Shown piece after piece: positions 49,077-58,428 of a stretch of DNA of 64,000 bases (its first letter is position 1; every line of letters begins with the position of its first letter). The position numbers were made by a program, and so were the translations under genes. Source of the DNA: a virus (taxonomy: Duplodnaviria; Heunggongvirae; Uroviricota; Caudoviricetes; Straboviridae); the IMG/VR virus record IMGVR_UViG_2974587864_000001; one strand, 5' to 3'. The notes under the pieces are model-generated. The model ran no database searches. It had not been told where the DNA came from and worked only from the letters and a program-made list of their open reading frames with translations.

Positions 49077-49354
49077 TTAACAAAGCGCAGTGCAAAGCGA
49101 TAAACTTTCTTCTGCACGAACTGATTGAAAACGGTATCAGATTTGAATTCGTTGATCCGATTAACGGTGATGATCGTCATCTGCTCCGCTGGGTGTCTGG
49201 TAGCAATCCGCTGGATTCAGTATCCCAGGTTGTAGAGTCTGCGCATAACAATATGCCTTGTCGTGTTCTGTTGGGTAGCGTTAACGCCTCCACATGGAAT
49301 GGATCTGATGCTTATTATGTCGGATTCAAAAAAGAGTTGACGGACGACGAATGA
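49070..49354 (+). CDS. Hypothetical protein
   Basis: 94 aa, SD AGGTG, overlaps the previous stop. Confidence 0.6.
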   Translation: MLINKAQCKAINFLLHELIENGIRFEFVDPINGDDRHLLRWVSGSNPLDSVSQVVESAHNNMPCRVLLGSVNASTWNGSDAYYVGFKKELTDDE

Positions 49355-49365
49355 TGTTATAATAT
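49337..49365 (+). promoter_or_regulatory. Early sigma70-type promoter
   Basis: TTGACG 49337-49342; TG-t-TATAAT at 49358 or TAATAT at 49360 (17-nt spacer). Confidence 0.7.
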
Positions 49366-49399
49366 GCCCCTGTAGACAACAAACTATAGGGGCTAAATC

Positions 49400-49591
49400 A
49401 TGAAAATCAAAAATACTGCTACTGAAAATCTTTGCAACGAAATCGCGGTGACTTACTGGAAAGAAGGTCACGTAAAAGCAATGAAGGATTTTCAACAGTG
49501 GTGTGATACCCAGAAGTTAGCCAACTGGGAATACGCCGTAATCGTGGAACGGATCAAAGAACTGATCCTTGAGAAGAAAGGCACTAAATAA
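49400..49591 (+). CDS. Hypothetical protein
   Basis: 63 aa, SD AGGGG. Confidence 0.6.
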   Translation: MKIKNTATENLCNEIAVTYWKEGHVKAMKDFQQWCDTQKLANWEYAVIVERIKELILEKKGTK

Positions 49592-49619
49592 CCATGTAAA
49601 TCAACATGGAATACTTCTC

Positions 49620-50261
49620 ATGAACTATCACAAAATATACAATTCTCTCATATCGAAATATAGGGGAGAATTGCCTTTATCATTTCGCCATACAAAACCT
49701 GGTTATGAAATACATCACATATACCCAAAATCTATGGGAGGTTCTAATGAGCCAGACAACTTGATTTATCTCACTCCAAAGCAACACTATACCGCGCATC
49801 ACCTTCTATCTAAAATGTATGGCGGTACAATGCATAACGCATTCTGGATCATGTCTTGCTCCGGTTCTGTTCCGATTACATCAAGACAGTACCAAACGGC
49901 AAAGGAAAATAAAATCAAACATCAAGTAGGAAAGAAACATTCTCCAGAAACTATAGCGAAGCTCAAAAAATCCAGACAAGGAAGGACATATTCCGAAAAA
50001 TCCCGACAGAAAATGAGCGAATCCCAGAAAGGAAAAACGCGTAGCGAAGAAACAAAACAAAAAACACGAAATAGTTGTCTTCGTTCAATGTCTGGTAGGG
50101 TAAAGGTGGTTGTAGGAACCAGTATTGAATCGCCGGATGTTACAATAACCCTATACGGGAAAACCGATATAAGAAACAACGGATTCAATCAAGGAAAGGT
50201 GCATTCCTGTTGTCGTGGTGAGATAAAAAGTCATAAAGGATATACATGGAGATTTAAATGA
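49620..50261 (+). mobile_element. Mob-like HNH homing endonuclease upstream of nrdG
   Basis: MNYHKIYNSLI...EIHHIYPKSMGGSNEPDNLIYLTPKQHYTAHHLL (MobE-type HNH), NUMOD3 repeats; start reset to ATG 49620. Confidence 0.85.
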
Positions 50262-50749
50262 ACTATATTAGAATTTACAATATGGATCTGGTAAACGGTA
50301 AAGGAGTTCGGGTTGTTATGTTCGTTGCAGGTTGCAACCACAAATGTGACGGATGTTATAATCGTAGTTCTTGGAATCCCCGCAACGGTACACCATACAC
50401 CGAAGAGACTGAAAACGAGTTGATTAAACTCCTTTCAAATCCCCATGTGGACGGGTTGACGCTTACAGGCGGCGATCCGTTTTACCGCACCAATCATCCG
50501 ACGCTCTTAAAACTGCTCCAGCGCGTCCGTGCGACGTTCCCTGATAAAGATGTGTGGGTTTGGACGGGTTACACCCTCGAAGCCTTACAGGGCGATACAG
50601 AACGCTCTAAGCTGTTACCATTCATTGATGTTCTGATCGATGGACGGTACGAAAAGGATCTACCGACTAAGAAACCGTTTCGCGGTTCGGATAATCAGCG
50701 AATGATCGAGTTCAAAAAGAATTCCATCGAAATTAAAAATATCGCTTGA
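50258..50749 (+). CDS. nrdG: Anaerobic RNR activase
   Basis: VNGKGVRV, GCNHKCDGCYN radical-SAM CxxxCxxC, GGDP, RGSDNQR. Confidence 0.95.
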   Translation: MNYIRIYNMDLVNGKGVRVVMFVAGCNHKCDGCYNRSSWNPRNGTPYTEETENELIKLLSNPHVDGLTLTGGDPFYRTNHPTLLKLLQRVRATFPDKDVWVWTGYTLEALQGDTERSKLLPFIDVLIDGRYEKDLPTKKPFRGSDNQRMIEFKKNSIEIKNIA

Positions 50750-50773
50750 CCTGGTTTGTAGTTCTGTTAAGAT
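50746..50773 (+). promoter_or_regulatory. Early sigma70-type promoter
   Basis: TTGACC, 16 nt, TG-t-TAAGAT. Confidence 0.65.
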
Positions 50774-50805
50774 ATCCACATCGAAACAAACTTGAGGACG
50801 AGAAA

Positions 50806-50967
50806 ATGAAAAACGCAATCATCAAAGAAATCTGTGAACTGGTTGATGTGTATGGTTGGAGTTTGGGCGCTGCGAAAGCGGAAGCCAAATCTCGTCTGGA
50901 AGTTGTAATCAAAGCCCGTAGCAAAGATGAATTTGTTACTAAATTGCAAGCCCTCTATGAGAGATAA
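50806..50967 (+). CDS. 53-aa hypothetical protein
   Basis: SD GAGGA before ATG 50806. Confidence 0.6.
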   Translation: MKNAIIKEICELVDVYGWSLGAAKAEAKSRLEVVIKARSKDEFVTKLQALYER

Positions 50968-50971
50968 TATC

Positions 50972-51922
50972 ATGATTCTGAATTTCAAAACCCGTAAAGA
51001 AGCCCGTGACTATTGCTGGAAGTGGTCGATCCCACTGAAAAACATCACCAAAGGAAGCGGTTCACATCCGTGGACGGTGAGAACCAAAGAAACCCGCTTC
51101 GAAACTGGTAAAGATTACAAGCTGGTTGATGTCGAAGGTTTCACTGACAACGGCAAAAACATTGCGAACAGTGTTCAATCAAAACAGATCCACCAATTGC
51201 TGAACGGTGTTGTAAACATCGCAAGCCGTAACGGTGATCGCTACACCTTCAATGCTCCAGCAGGTGTCGCTATGAACACCCTTCGTGCATGGGAAGCGAA
51301 ATACTTCACAGAAGTTGCTCCGGCTAAAGCCCCAGCGCCAAAACGCGCTAAAAAGCCAAAACCAGTAGGCAAACCGTCTGTTGCACCTGCACCAGCGAAA
51401 CCGGATCTGGATTCTGAACTGGATGGTGGTGTTAACCTCGCTCCGGTAACTGAACCAGTTGCAAAACCTGCTGCACCACAACCAGCAACGGTTGAAGCGA
51501 TGCCTGGTAACTTTGTTGTAAACCGTCCGTATGTTCTGGTAGATGAAGCTGGTTTCCTGCGCTCGCACACTGCAAACAAACGCATTGTACAACACATCAA
51601 AAACAACAACGGCGTTCTGGTGTTTGTTACTGTTGACGGCGACGGTGACGCAACTATATCACAAGATCGTAGCCTCCCGTTTGTAATGCATCGTGAGCGT
51701 AAGTTCTTCCGTGAACTCGGTACTGGCGCAGTTCAGGCAGATACCCCAGCGGTTCAGACCGTTGATATTGCCAAACAGCAACGCGACAAAGAGATCATCG
51801 AAGCTGCACTGGCAGTAGAAGACGCACTGGCAGAACACCAGAAAGCGATCGAAGTTGTCACACAGAAAGCTCGCGCAGTTCGCGAAGCCGCTGCAAAACT
51901 TGCACTACTGGCACGTAAGTAA
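50972..51922 (+). CDS. Protein with two FRD2-like domains, a P/A/K linker and a C-terminal coiled coil
   Basis: Internal repeat Y.LVD..GF...N..I...NG...F.E; start reset to ATG 50972. Confidence 0.55.
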   Translation: MILNFKTRKEARDYCWKWSIPLKNITKGSGSHPWTVRTKETRFETGKDYKLVDVEGFTDNGKNIANSVQSKQIHQLLNGVVNIASRNGDRYTFNAPAGVAMNTLRAWEAKYFTEVAPAKAPAPKRAKKPKPVGKPSVAPAPAKPDLDSELDGGVNLAPVTEPVAKPAAPQPATVEAMPGNFVVNRPYVLVDEAGFLRSHTANKRIVQHIKNNNGVLVFVTVDGDGDATISQDRSLPFVMHRERKFFRELGTGAVQADTPAVQTVDIAKQQRDKEIIEAALAVEDALAEHQKAIEVVTQKARAVREAAAKLALLARK

Positions 51923-51930
51923 TATAATTC

Positions 51931-51958
51931 GGGGGTGCTTACGGGCATCCCCTTTTTT
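51931..51958 (+). terminator. Intrinsic terminator
   Basis: GGGGGTGC-TTACGG-GCATCCCC then TTTTTT. Confidence 0.75.
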
Positions 51959-51971
51959 ATTTGAGGTAATC

Positions 51972-52706
51972 ATGGAATTATTCGCTGGAAAAACTTACGG
52001 TTTAACCGTATCCCCTGAAATCTTTGCAGAGAAAACCTGGAAAACAGGTATCGCAAACATCATTCGTGAAAAAGGTTACGTGACGATTGATCGCACCTCG
52101 ATCGGTGAGTTCGAAGACCGCGCGTTTATCATGGACGGTGGTTACGAATATGAACTCCCTGCATCACTATGGAAATGGTTCAAGGAAGTAACGCCGGAAG
52201 AGGGTGAATTCACCCCAGAAGAACCCGAAGAGGTTAATCTGGGTAAAGGTGTAGAGGCTGAAAACGTTATGCGTATTGCAACGCCCGAAGAGGTTTCCGC
52301 TGGTGTTACGGGTTCGGATCTGTGTCTGATGGATATCCCTAAATTCACGTATCGCCCTGTACAGGAAAATCCTCTGCGCGATCTCCGCATCGATCCATCA
52401 TTCGGGGCTAACCTGGAAACGTTGAGCATCGCACCGATGCCTGTACGTAAATCTGATGCAATGCTTCGTTTCGCCTTGCAACATGTTTTCAGTGGTGGTA
52501 GCATCTATCAAATCAACATGGAATCTGAACTGAAAATGCAGGAAGACCAGATTGCAAACCTGTTCGATCTGCACACTCAGTTAACCGCTGTTGAGAATAT
52601 CGAAAAACTGTTAGGCAAAGAGAAAAAGCGTATTTTGCAGGATCTCAAACCATACGGAAAGAAGAATGAAAGTCGAAATCTACGGCATTCCAGAAAGTCT
52701 TCATAA
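51972..52706 (+). CDS. Protein with an N-terminal FRD2-like domain
   Basis: GKTY.L...F...IANIIRE.G...WFKEV; SD GAGG before ATG 51972. Confidence 0.55.
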   Translation: MELFAGKTYGLTVSPEIFAEKTWKTGIANIIREKGYVTIDRTSIGEFEDRAFIMDGGYEYELPASLWKWFKEVTPEEGEFTPEEPEEVNLGKGVEAENVMRIATPEEVSAGVTGSDLCLMDIPKFTYRPVQENPLRDLRIDPSFGANLETLSIAPMPVRKSDAMLRFALQHVFSGGSIYQINMESELKMQEDQIANLFDLHTQLTAVENIEKLLGKEKKRILQDLKPYGKKNESRNLRHSRKSS

Positions 52707-52944
52707 CTGTTACGGGTGTATACAAGCACAAAAGCTGTTGACAGAAAAAGGGATAGAATATACATTTTATCCCGTTCTGAAAGAAGCGAAAAACGATCTG
52801 GGCTTTGAATATGATCGCCCACGTATCGAAGAGTTAGCAAAACGGGTAAGGCAACGCAGTTTAGCGTTTCAATACCCGCGTATTTTTGTCGATAACAAAC
52901 TTATCGGCGGTTATCTGCAACTGAAACAACTTATTGGTGATTAA
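52666..52944 (+). CDS. nrdH: Glutaredoxin NrdH
   Basis: EIYGIPE...CYGC...TFYPVL...YDRP.I..LAKR...YPRIF matches T4 NrdH. Confidence 0.85.
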   Translation: MKVEIYGIPESLHNCYGCIQAQKLLTEKGIEYTFYPVLKEAKNDLGFEYDRPRIEELAKRVRQRSLAFQYPRIFVDNKLIGGYLQLKQLIGD

Positions 52945-53283
52945 ATGAGCCGTGAAATTTTACTCCCTGCTGCAAATGCTGTTCATGCTGAAACAATGGA
53001 ATACATGGAGAAATTCGTTGAACGCGATAACACCGCGATCATCACTCCTACTCACCTGGACGCGCTCGAAGATCGTCTTCATAAGCAGATTAAAGATCAA
53101 TTCCCTGAAAAGGTTAGCCGCAACTTCATTCGTCAGGAAATCGTTGCAATGATGCTGAAACATTACGGCGTTGAAATCTTCGGTGTCGAACCACTGAAAC
53201 CGAAGAAACCGCGTCAAATGCCTAAACAGATTACCGACGAAGCAATCAAGAAATACCAGAAGAAATACGCTAAGAATAAATGA
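52945..53283 (+). CDS. Hypothetical protein
   Basis: 112 aa with a basic C-terminus; abuts nrdH. Confidence 0.65.
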   Translation: MSREILLPAANAVHAETMEYMEKFVERDNTAIITPTHLDALEDRLHKQIKDQFPEKVSRNFIRQEIVAMMLKHYGVEIFGVEPLKPKKPRQMPKQITDEAIKKYQKKYAKNK

Positions 53284-54707
53284 TCTTTAATACGATTGAA
53301 TGTGTTCCGTCAAGTGGTAAAACAAAGGCGATTCTGAACCATATCAATCAAACGGGCGAAAAAGCAATCATCGCATCGATTTCCATGATGTTATCAAAAC
53401 AGTCTTATGACTACTACATCAACCAGGTAAAAGGGAAACGAGCGGTGATTGTGGACACGGATCACCGAACCAAAAGAACCAATAACGATGCGCTGCGTGA
53501 AGTAGTCAATGATTACGATGTGATTTTCATCACTCATGCAGCACTGAAAAACATTGATGACTTTGATTTGTATAAGGATTTTTCCCTGTATATTGACGAA
53601 GTTCCTGATTTGGTTGCGTTCGAAAGTCTGCGATTTAATAGCAATATCAAGCACATACGCGAGATTTGCTTGCCGTTTAGTTGCAATGCCGATGATATCG
53701 TTGATTTAAAACTTGACGAAGAAAAACGAGAACTGGTTACACGATTAGCCTATGATGGTCTTCGTAAACGTGATGATATCGCAATGAAGATGTTCCCGCT
53801 TTACCGTGCTCTGTTAGGGGCTATTCCGGTGAAGATGCAATGTAGCGATTCGGGATATGTCTGTTACTTCGTAGAGGATCATGACGTAAGCCAGTGGAAG
53901 TTCAAAAATGTAACCATTGCTTCATCCAACATCAAAGACACAATTACAGGGAAGATCCTGCAAACGTTTCATGATGTGGAGTTCAAAGATTCACCGCTTC
54001 AAAAGCTGGTTGACTTTAAGCAATACAAAAACACTGGGCGCATACATATACATGTGCTCGCAGAGGGGGATTATTCGCGTTATACGGGCGATCTCTCTCA
54101 ATCTGGGACGACAGTATACACCCAGATTAAAAAACGCGTGGAGGCGCTTCTAGGGGGCGAACAGTTCATCTACTGCACCAACACGTATCGATCGAAGTTT
54201 AGCGAGGGGCAAGAAATTCCGTATAACTCGCACGGATTGAACTTCTATTCGAGCTATACTAACGTGGTAGCATTATTCAGTTACAACCCGTTACCCTGGC
54301 TTCGTCAAATGTTGCGAGCGGTTGCGGTGTCCTCTGGACTCGAAGAGGAAGAATTAGTTGATGCTTATGTTGTCAGTAAATATTACGAACCAGCCTTTCA
54401 GTTATGCGCTCGTTCTGATATCCGACACAACAACAGCAAACGAAAGATTAATTTATTTGTGCCTGATATGCGGTTAGCGAAATACATGAAGGAAAAATAT
54501 TTTCCTGATGCCATTATCGAAACCACAGAAGCAGTTCAAACGAAAAGGCAACGCAAATCATTTCAAACCCTTTTCCAAATGACGGACAAAGAGAAAAACG
54601 CTTTTACGCCATACAAGAAAAGAAACAAATTAGATTATGCGAATCCTCTTCATCACGCGATTGTTAAAGATTGGCTGAACAATTACCGTGAGAAAAAGGC
54701 GACTTGA
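53280..54707 (+). CDS. SF2-like helicase/ATPase not belonging to the T4 core
   Basis: VPSSGKT motif I, IIAS Ia, FITH Ib, YIDEV II, HGLNFY V, FQLCARSDIR VI; basic C-terminal tail. Confidence 0.7.
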   Translation: MIFNTIECVPSSGKTKAILNHINQTGEKAIIASISMMLSKQSYDYYINQVKGKRAVIVDTDHRTKRTNNDALREVVNDYDVIFITHAALKNIDDFDLYKDFSLYIDEVPDLVAFESLRFNSNIKHIREICLPFSCNADDIVDLKLDEEKRELVTRLAYDGLRKRDDIAMKMFPLYRALLGAIPVKMQCSDSGYVCYFVEDHDVSQWKFKNVTIASSNIKDTITGKILQTFHDVEFKDSPLQKLVDFKQYKNTGRIHIHVLAEGDYSRYTGDLSQSGTTVYTQIKKRVEALLGGEQFIYCTNTYRSKFSEGQEIPYNSHGLNFYSSYTNVVALFSYNPLPWLRQMLRAVAVSSGLEEEELVDAYVVSKYYEPAFQLCARSDIRHNNSKRKINLFVPDMRLAKYMKEKYFPDAIIETTEAVQTKRQRKSFQTLFQMTDKEKNAFTPYKKRNKLDYANPLHHAIVKDWLNNYREKKAT

Positions 54708-54732
54708 TGGTCGCCTTTTTTGTTTATAAATA
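54693..54732 (+). terminator. Terminator plus late promoter TATAAATA for gp34
   Basis: AAAAAGGCGAC-TTGATG-GTCGCCTTTTT 54693-54720; TATAAATA 54725-54732. Confidence 0.85.
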
Positions 54733-54763
54733 TCAGTATTGAATAAGATAAAGGAAAACGATA

Positions 54764-57700
54764 ATGGTAGCTAAATCATTCCGCGCCACAAGTGGCCTTG
54801 ATGCTGCTGGCGAAAAAGTTATCAACGTTGGTAAAGCATCCCGCTCTGTGTTGAGCGACGGCGTGAACGTTGACTTTTTTAACGAATTTAACACGATCCA
54901 ACAATACGATTCTACCCGTGGCTATGCTGCGTTTATGGCTATCATGTACGCGCGTCGTATTTGGTACGCTCGCGCAGATATTCCATCACCAGCGGGTGCT
55001 TTCGATGAAACAAAATGGATCTCAACCCGTAACGATCCAAAATGGGTATATAACAACGTAACGAGCACTGACGGTCTCCCTGTTGAATCCGGTACGTACT
55101 TACTGGCTGATGGTCGTTTCTCTGAACTGACATATATTCTACCAGATTCCCCTGTTGAGGGTGATATTATCACCATTAAAGACGGTGGCGGTCTTGCAGG
55201 TCTCAACAACCTTTTGGTTCGTTCAAACACCCGACAGATCCGTTTGCGTGATATTCAGTCAAGCTCTTATCGACTGACTCACCCATACATGACCGTAGCG
55301 TTTATCTTTAACGGTAACTTATGGCGTGTTTCTGAAATGCGCGATAACCGCGATTCGCAGTTTGTGAACGCAACAGGTGCGGGTTCTTTCCAACTGCAAG
55401 CGGGTATGGTAACATTCCGTAATAGCGGTACAGGCAAGATTACTCTGCAATTGCCTAGATACGCAAACGATGGTGACTCAATCACAACTTACGATCTGGA
55501 TCGCCTTGCTTCGGTGAACGTTGCGACTCTGCAAGTTTATCCTGGTAGCGGACACACGATCAGCTATGACGGTATCAACAACGTAACTTCTGTGACTTCA
55601 CAGCGTTCCGGTTATGGTATCTTCATGTTCGATCAGGCTAATAGCCGCTGGGTCGTTTATGATGGTGATCAGCGCGTTCGTCTGCGTCGTATCAGTGATG
55701 ACCTGAACATGTTGCCGAACGATTACGTGTTTATCACCCCGATCGCTGGTAGTCCTCCAACTGTGCGTAACGTAACGCTGACTCTTCCGCAAGATGTTGC
55801 CGAAGGTGATCGCGTGTATATCAGTATGTATATGATGGGGAAAACGCAGAACTGCACAATCAAAGTTAAAGATGATTCCGGTGAAAAGATCCGCACCAAC
55901 AAAAACATGATGCAGTTCCCACAGCGTAAGGATTATCCACCTGATGACTGGTTCAGTGTTGACACTCTGACTTTCAACGCCGATACTGACTATCTTCCAT
56001 ATATAGAATTGTCGTATCTGAAAGCTACGAAAGAATGGGTAGTTGCACAATATCGCCCGATCATTGAACGTGTTGATCCAACAAACCGTTCTCGTCTGGG
56101 TGTGATCGCGCTGGCTACACAGGCAGAAGTAAACAAAAACTGGGAAGATACACCGTCTGATGAACTGGCAGTAACCCCGCGCACACTGGCGAATAAAACC
56201 GCTACTGAAACGCGTCGTGGTATTGCTCGACTGGCTACCACTGCGGAAGTGAACCAGAACACAACGGCTACTTTTTTGGATGACGTAATCGTAACACCTA
56301 AAAAGTTTAACGAACGTACAGCAACAGAAGATCGCCGTGGTGTGTTGGAAATCGCTACCCAGACTGAAACGAATGCTGGTACTGATGACACTACCGCAAT
56401 CACGCCTAAGAAGCTCGACACGCGCCGCGCGACCGAAACCCTAGCAGGTATCGGGAAACTCGTTACAACGGGCGCTACGACAGCGGAGGGGGCTTTACGT
56501 GGGGATGCTGGTACTAACGTCTACAACTTCAATAACGGTGTTGACTTACTGACTCCGAAATCATTGAACGAGAAGACGGCGACCGAAAAGTCAAAAGGTC
56601 TGGTTGTTCTGGCGACCGAAAACGAAGTGGTAACTGGTGCTGCTGCTGGATCTGCTTCAATGCCGATCGTAGTAACTCCTGAAATGCTCCATCGTAAAAC
56701 GTCTACTGAATCACGAATCGGTTTGATTGAAATCGCTACCCAGACAGAAACGAATACTGGAACCGATGATCTCCGTGCGGTAACGCCTAAGAAACTGAAC
56801 GATCGCAAGGCTACTGAATCGCTTGATGGTATTATTGCCCTCGCTACTACTGCGGAAGTTGCAGCAGGTACAGTGACGAACAAGGCAGTTGTTCCGGTTA
56901 AGCTGAAAGAGTTCTTCGACGTTACGGGTCATGTTGCTGTTGCTGCTGCGGACGGGTTAACCCAATCCGGTACTATCTGGACAACGGTTAATTTGGGGAT
57001 TGTTTCTGCTACCGAAACGCAACGTGGTACTTTACGCGTAGCGACTCAGGGCGAAACTGATGCGGGTACGCGTGATGATGTGATTATCACTGCGAAGAAA
57101 CTGCAAGCGAAAAAGGCAACTGATACAGCAGAAGGTATCATTCGTTGTGCGACTAATGCGGAAGCTGGCGCGGGTACTGCTACTAACCTGGCAATTACTC
57201 CGGCTACAATGCAGTTCCTTAACGGTACTGATCCGGCATGGGGCGCAACCACTACCCGACGCGGTGCGGTGTTTATCACAACCAAATCAAACACCTTTAT
57301 CGGTGATAACCTGGTTGGTTCTACTCAGGCAGTAGATAGCTATCTGGAAGATTTCTACGCTGTATCGCCTCGCGGTCTGAACTTTGCTCTGCAAAACTTC
57401 TTACCGAAAATGGCAACAGCACAGAATAGCTTGAGTCTGGGTGGTGTGGTTGCTGCAAGCTGGATGCGTCGTGATGCTGATCAGACCGTGACTGGTAACA
57501 ACACCTTTAACGGTACGAGCAACTTCGTAGGCAACGTAACCACTAACGGCACACTGACGGCGAACGCTGCTGTTGCAGTTAATGCGGTGATGACCTCAAA
57601 CAATAACATCAACCAGTCTGCGAAAGCAAACACGGTTTATGCCAATACTGTTTTGAGCACTGCTGCTGCTGGAACCAAAAACCTGCTTCGTACTTTCCGT

Positions 57701-58423
57701 GGTGGTTCAACGGATACTACCTGGCATGAAACGGTTCAGGGAAGCATGTACCGCCTTGCAACGGGCGCAACGGATCTGGTCGATGTTCTGACTATCGGTG
57801 ATACTTCTAACGGCGCTATGGCGTACTACGGTACGAATATCCGCCTGAACGGTAAAGCCCTGGCAAACATCAATACCGCTGGCGATCTGTTTGTTGCAAG
57901 TGATGCAACTCCTACGGTACAATTACGAACCGCTGCAACTAACGGTTGGAACGGTGTGACAATCAGTAATGATAACGGCGTGACTACTGCGACCGTGATC
58001 AACACCCGAAACTTTACCCAGCATCTTGACAGTACCTATGTCAACGTGGCGGGTGATACGATGACGGGAACCCTTGCGGTTAACGTTAGCGGTACGGGTG
58101 GACGCTTTACCAGTGTAAACGGTACTGGTCATATTCAGGCGGGTGATTTCTCTGGGGCAACTCAGAAAATGCGCTTAACTGGTATCAATGATCAGGTGTT
58201 GACTGAATTCAACATCAACATCACCGATTACAACAAAGCGATGATCAACGGAAACCTGATTTATCATGCGGGTCGTCGTCCGACTCCTGCGGAAATCGGT
58301 GCTGTTGCGCTGGCGGGTTCAACCGTTGATACTCTGGTTGTTCGTGACTACATCAAAATCGGTAACGTGAAAATCTTCGCAAATCCAGTCACTAAGACTT
58401 GTGAATTTGTGTGGGAGGAATAA
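54764..58423 (+). CDS. 34: Long tail fibre proximal subunit gp34
   Basis: FRATSGLDAAGEKVINV start, many ATxxE...TP repeats, terminal FVWEE. Confidence 0.93.
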   Translation: MVAKSFRATSGLDAAGEKVINVGKASRSVLSDGVNVDFFNEFNTIQQYDSTRGYAAFMAIMYARRIWYARADIPSPAGAFDETKWISTRNDPKWVYNNVTSTDGLPVESGTYLLADGRFSELTYILPDSPVEGDIITIKDGGGLAGLNNLLVRSNTRQIRLRDIQSSSYRLTHPYMTVAFIFNGNLWRVSEMRDNRDSQFVNATGAGSFQLQAGMVTFRNSGTGKITLQLPRYANDGDSITTYDLDRLASVNVATLQVYPGSGHTISYDGINNVTSVTSQRSGYGIFMFDQANSRWVVYDGDQRVRLRRISDDLNMLPNDYVFITPIAGSPPTVRNVTLTLPQDVAEGDRVYISMYMMGKTQNCTIKVKDDSGEKIRTNKNMMQFPQRKDYPPDDWFSVDTLTFNADTDYLPYIELSYLKATKEWVVAQYRPIIERVDPTNRSRLGVIALATQAEVNKNWEDTPSDELAVTPRTLANKTATETRRGIARLATTAEVNQNTTATFLDDVIVTPKKFNERTATEDRRGVLEIATQTETNAGTDDTTAITPKKLDTRRATETLAGIGKLVTTGATTAEGALRGDAGTNVYNFNNGVDLLTPKSLNEKTATEKSKGLVVLATENEVVTGAAAGSASMPIVVTPEMLHRKTSTESRIGLIEIATQTETNTGTDDLRAVTPKKLNDRKATESLDGIIALATTAEVAAGTVTNKAVVPVKLKEFFDVTGHVAVAAADGLTQSGTIWTTVNLGIVSATETQRGTLRVATQGETDAGTRDDVIITAKKLQAKKATDTAEGIIRCATNAEAGAGTATNLAITPATMQFLNGTDPAWGATTTRRGAVFITTKSNTFIGDNLVGSTQAVDSYLEDFYAVSPRGLNFALQNFLPKMATAQNSLSLGGVVAASWMRRDADQTVTGNNTFNGTSNFVGNVTTNGTLTANAAVAVNAVMTSNNNINQSAKANTVYANTVLSTAAAGTKNLLRTFRGGSTDTTWHETVQGSMYRLATGATDLVDVLTIGDTSNGAMAYYGTNIRLNGKALANINTAGDLFVASDATPTVQLRTAATNGWNGVTISNDNGVTTATVINTRNFTQHLDSTYVNVAGDTMTGTLAVNVSGTGGRFTSVNGTGHIQAGDFSGATQKMRLTGINDQVLTEFNINITDYNKAMINGNLIYHAGRRPTPAEIGAVALAGSTVDTLVVRDYIKIGNVKIFANPVTKTCEFVWEE

Positions 58424-58428
58424 TTTAA

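Noticed and set aside
56100-57260. Recurrent GCTAC/GAAAC-type repeats in gp34 (also in gp12)
   Set aside because: Known ATxxE fibre repeats at protein level; degenerate in DNA; not CRISPR or a DGR template
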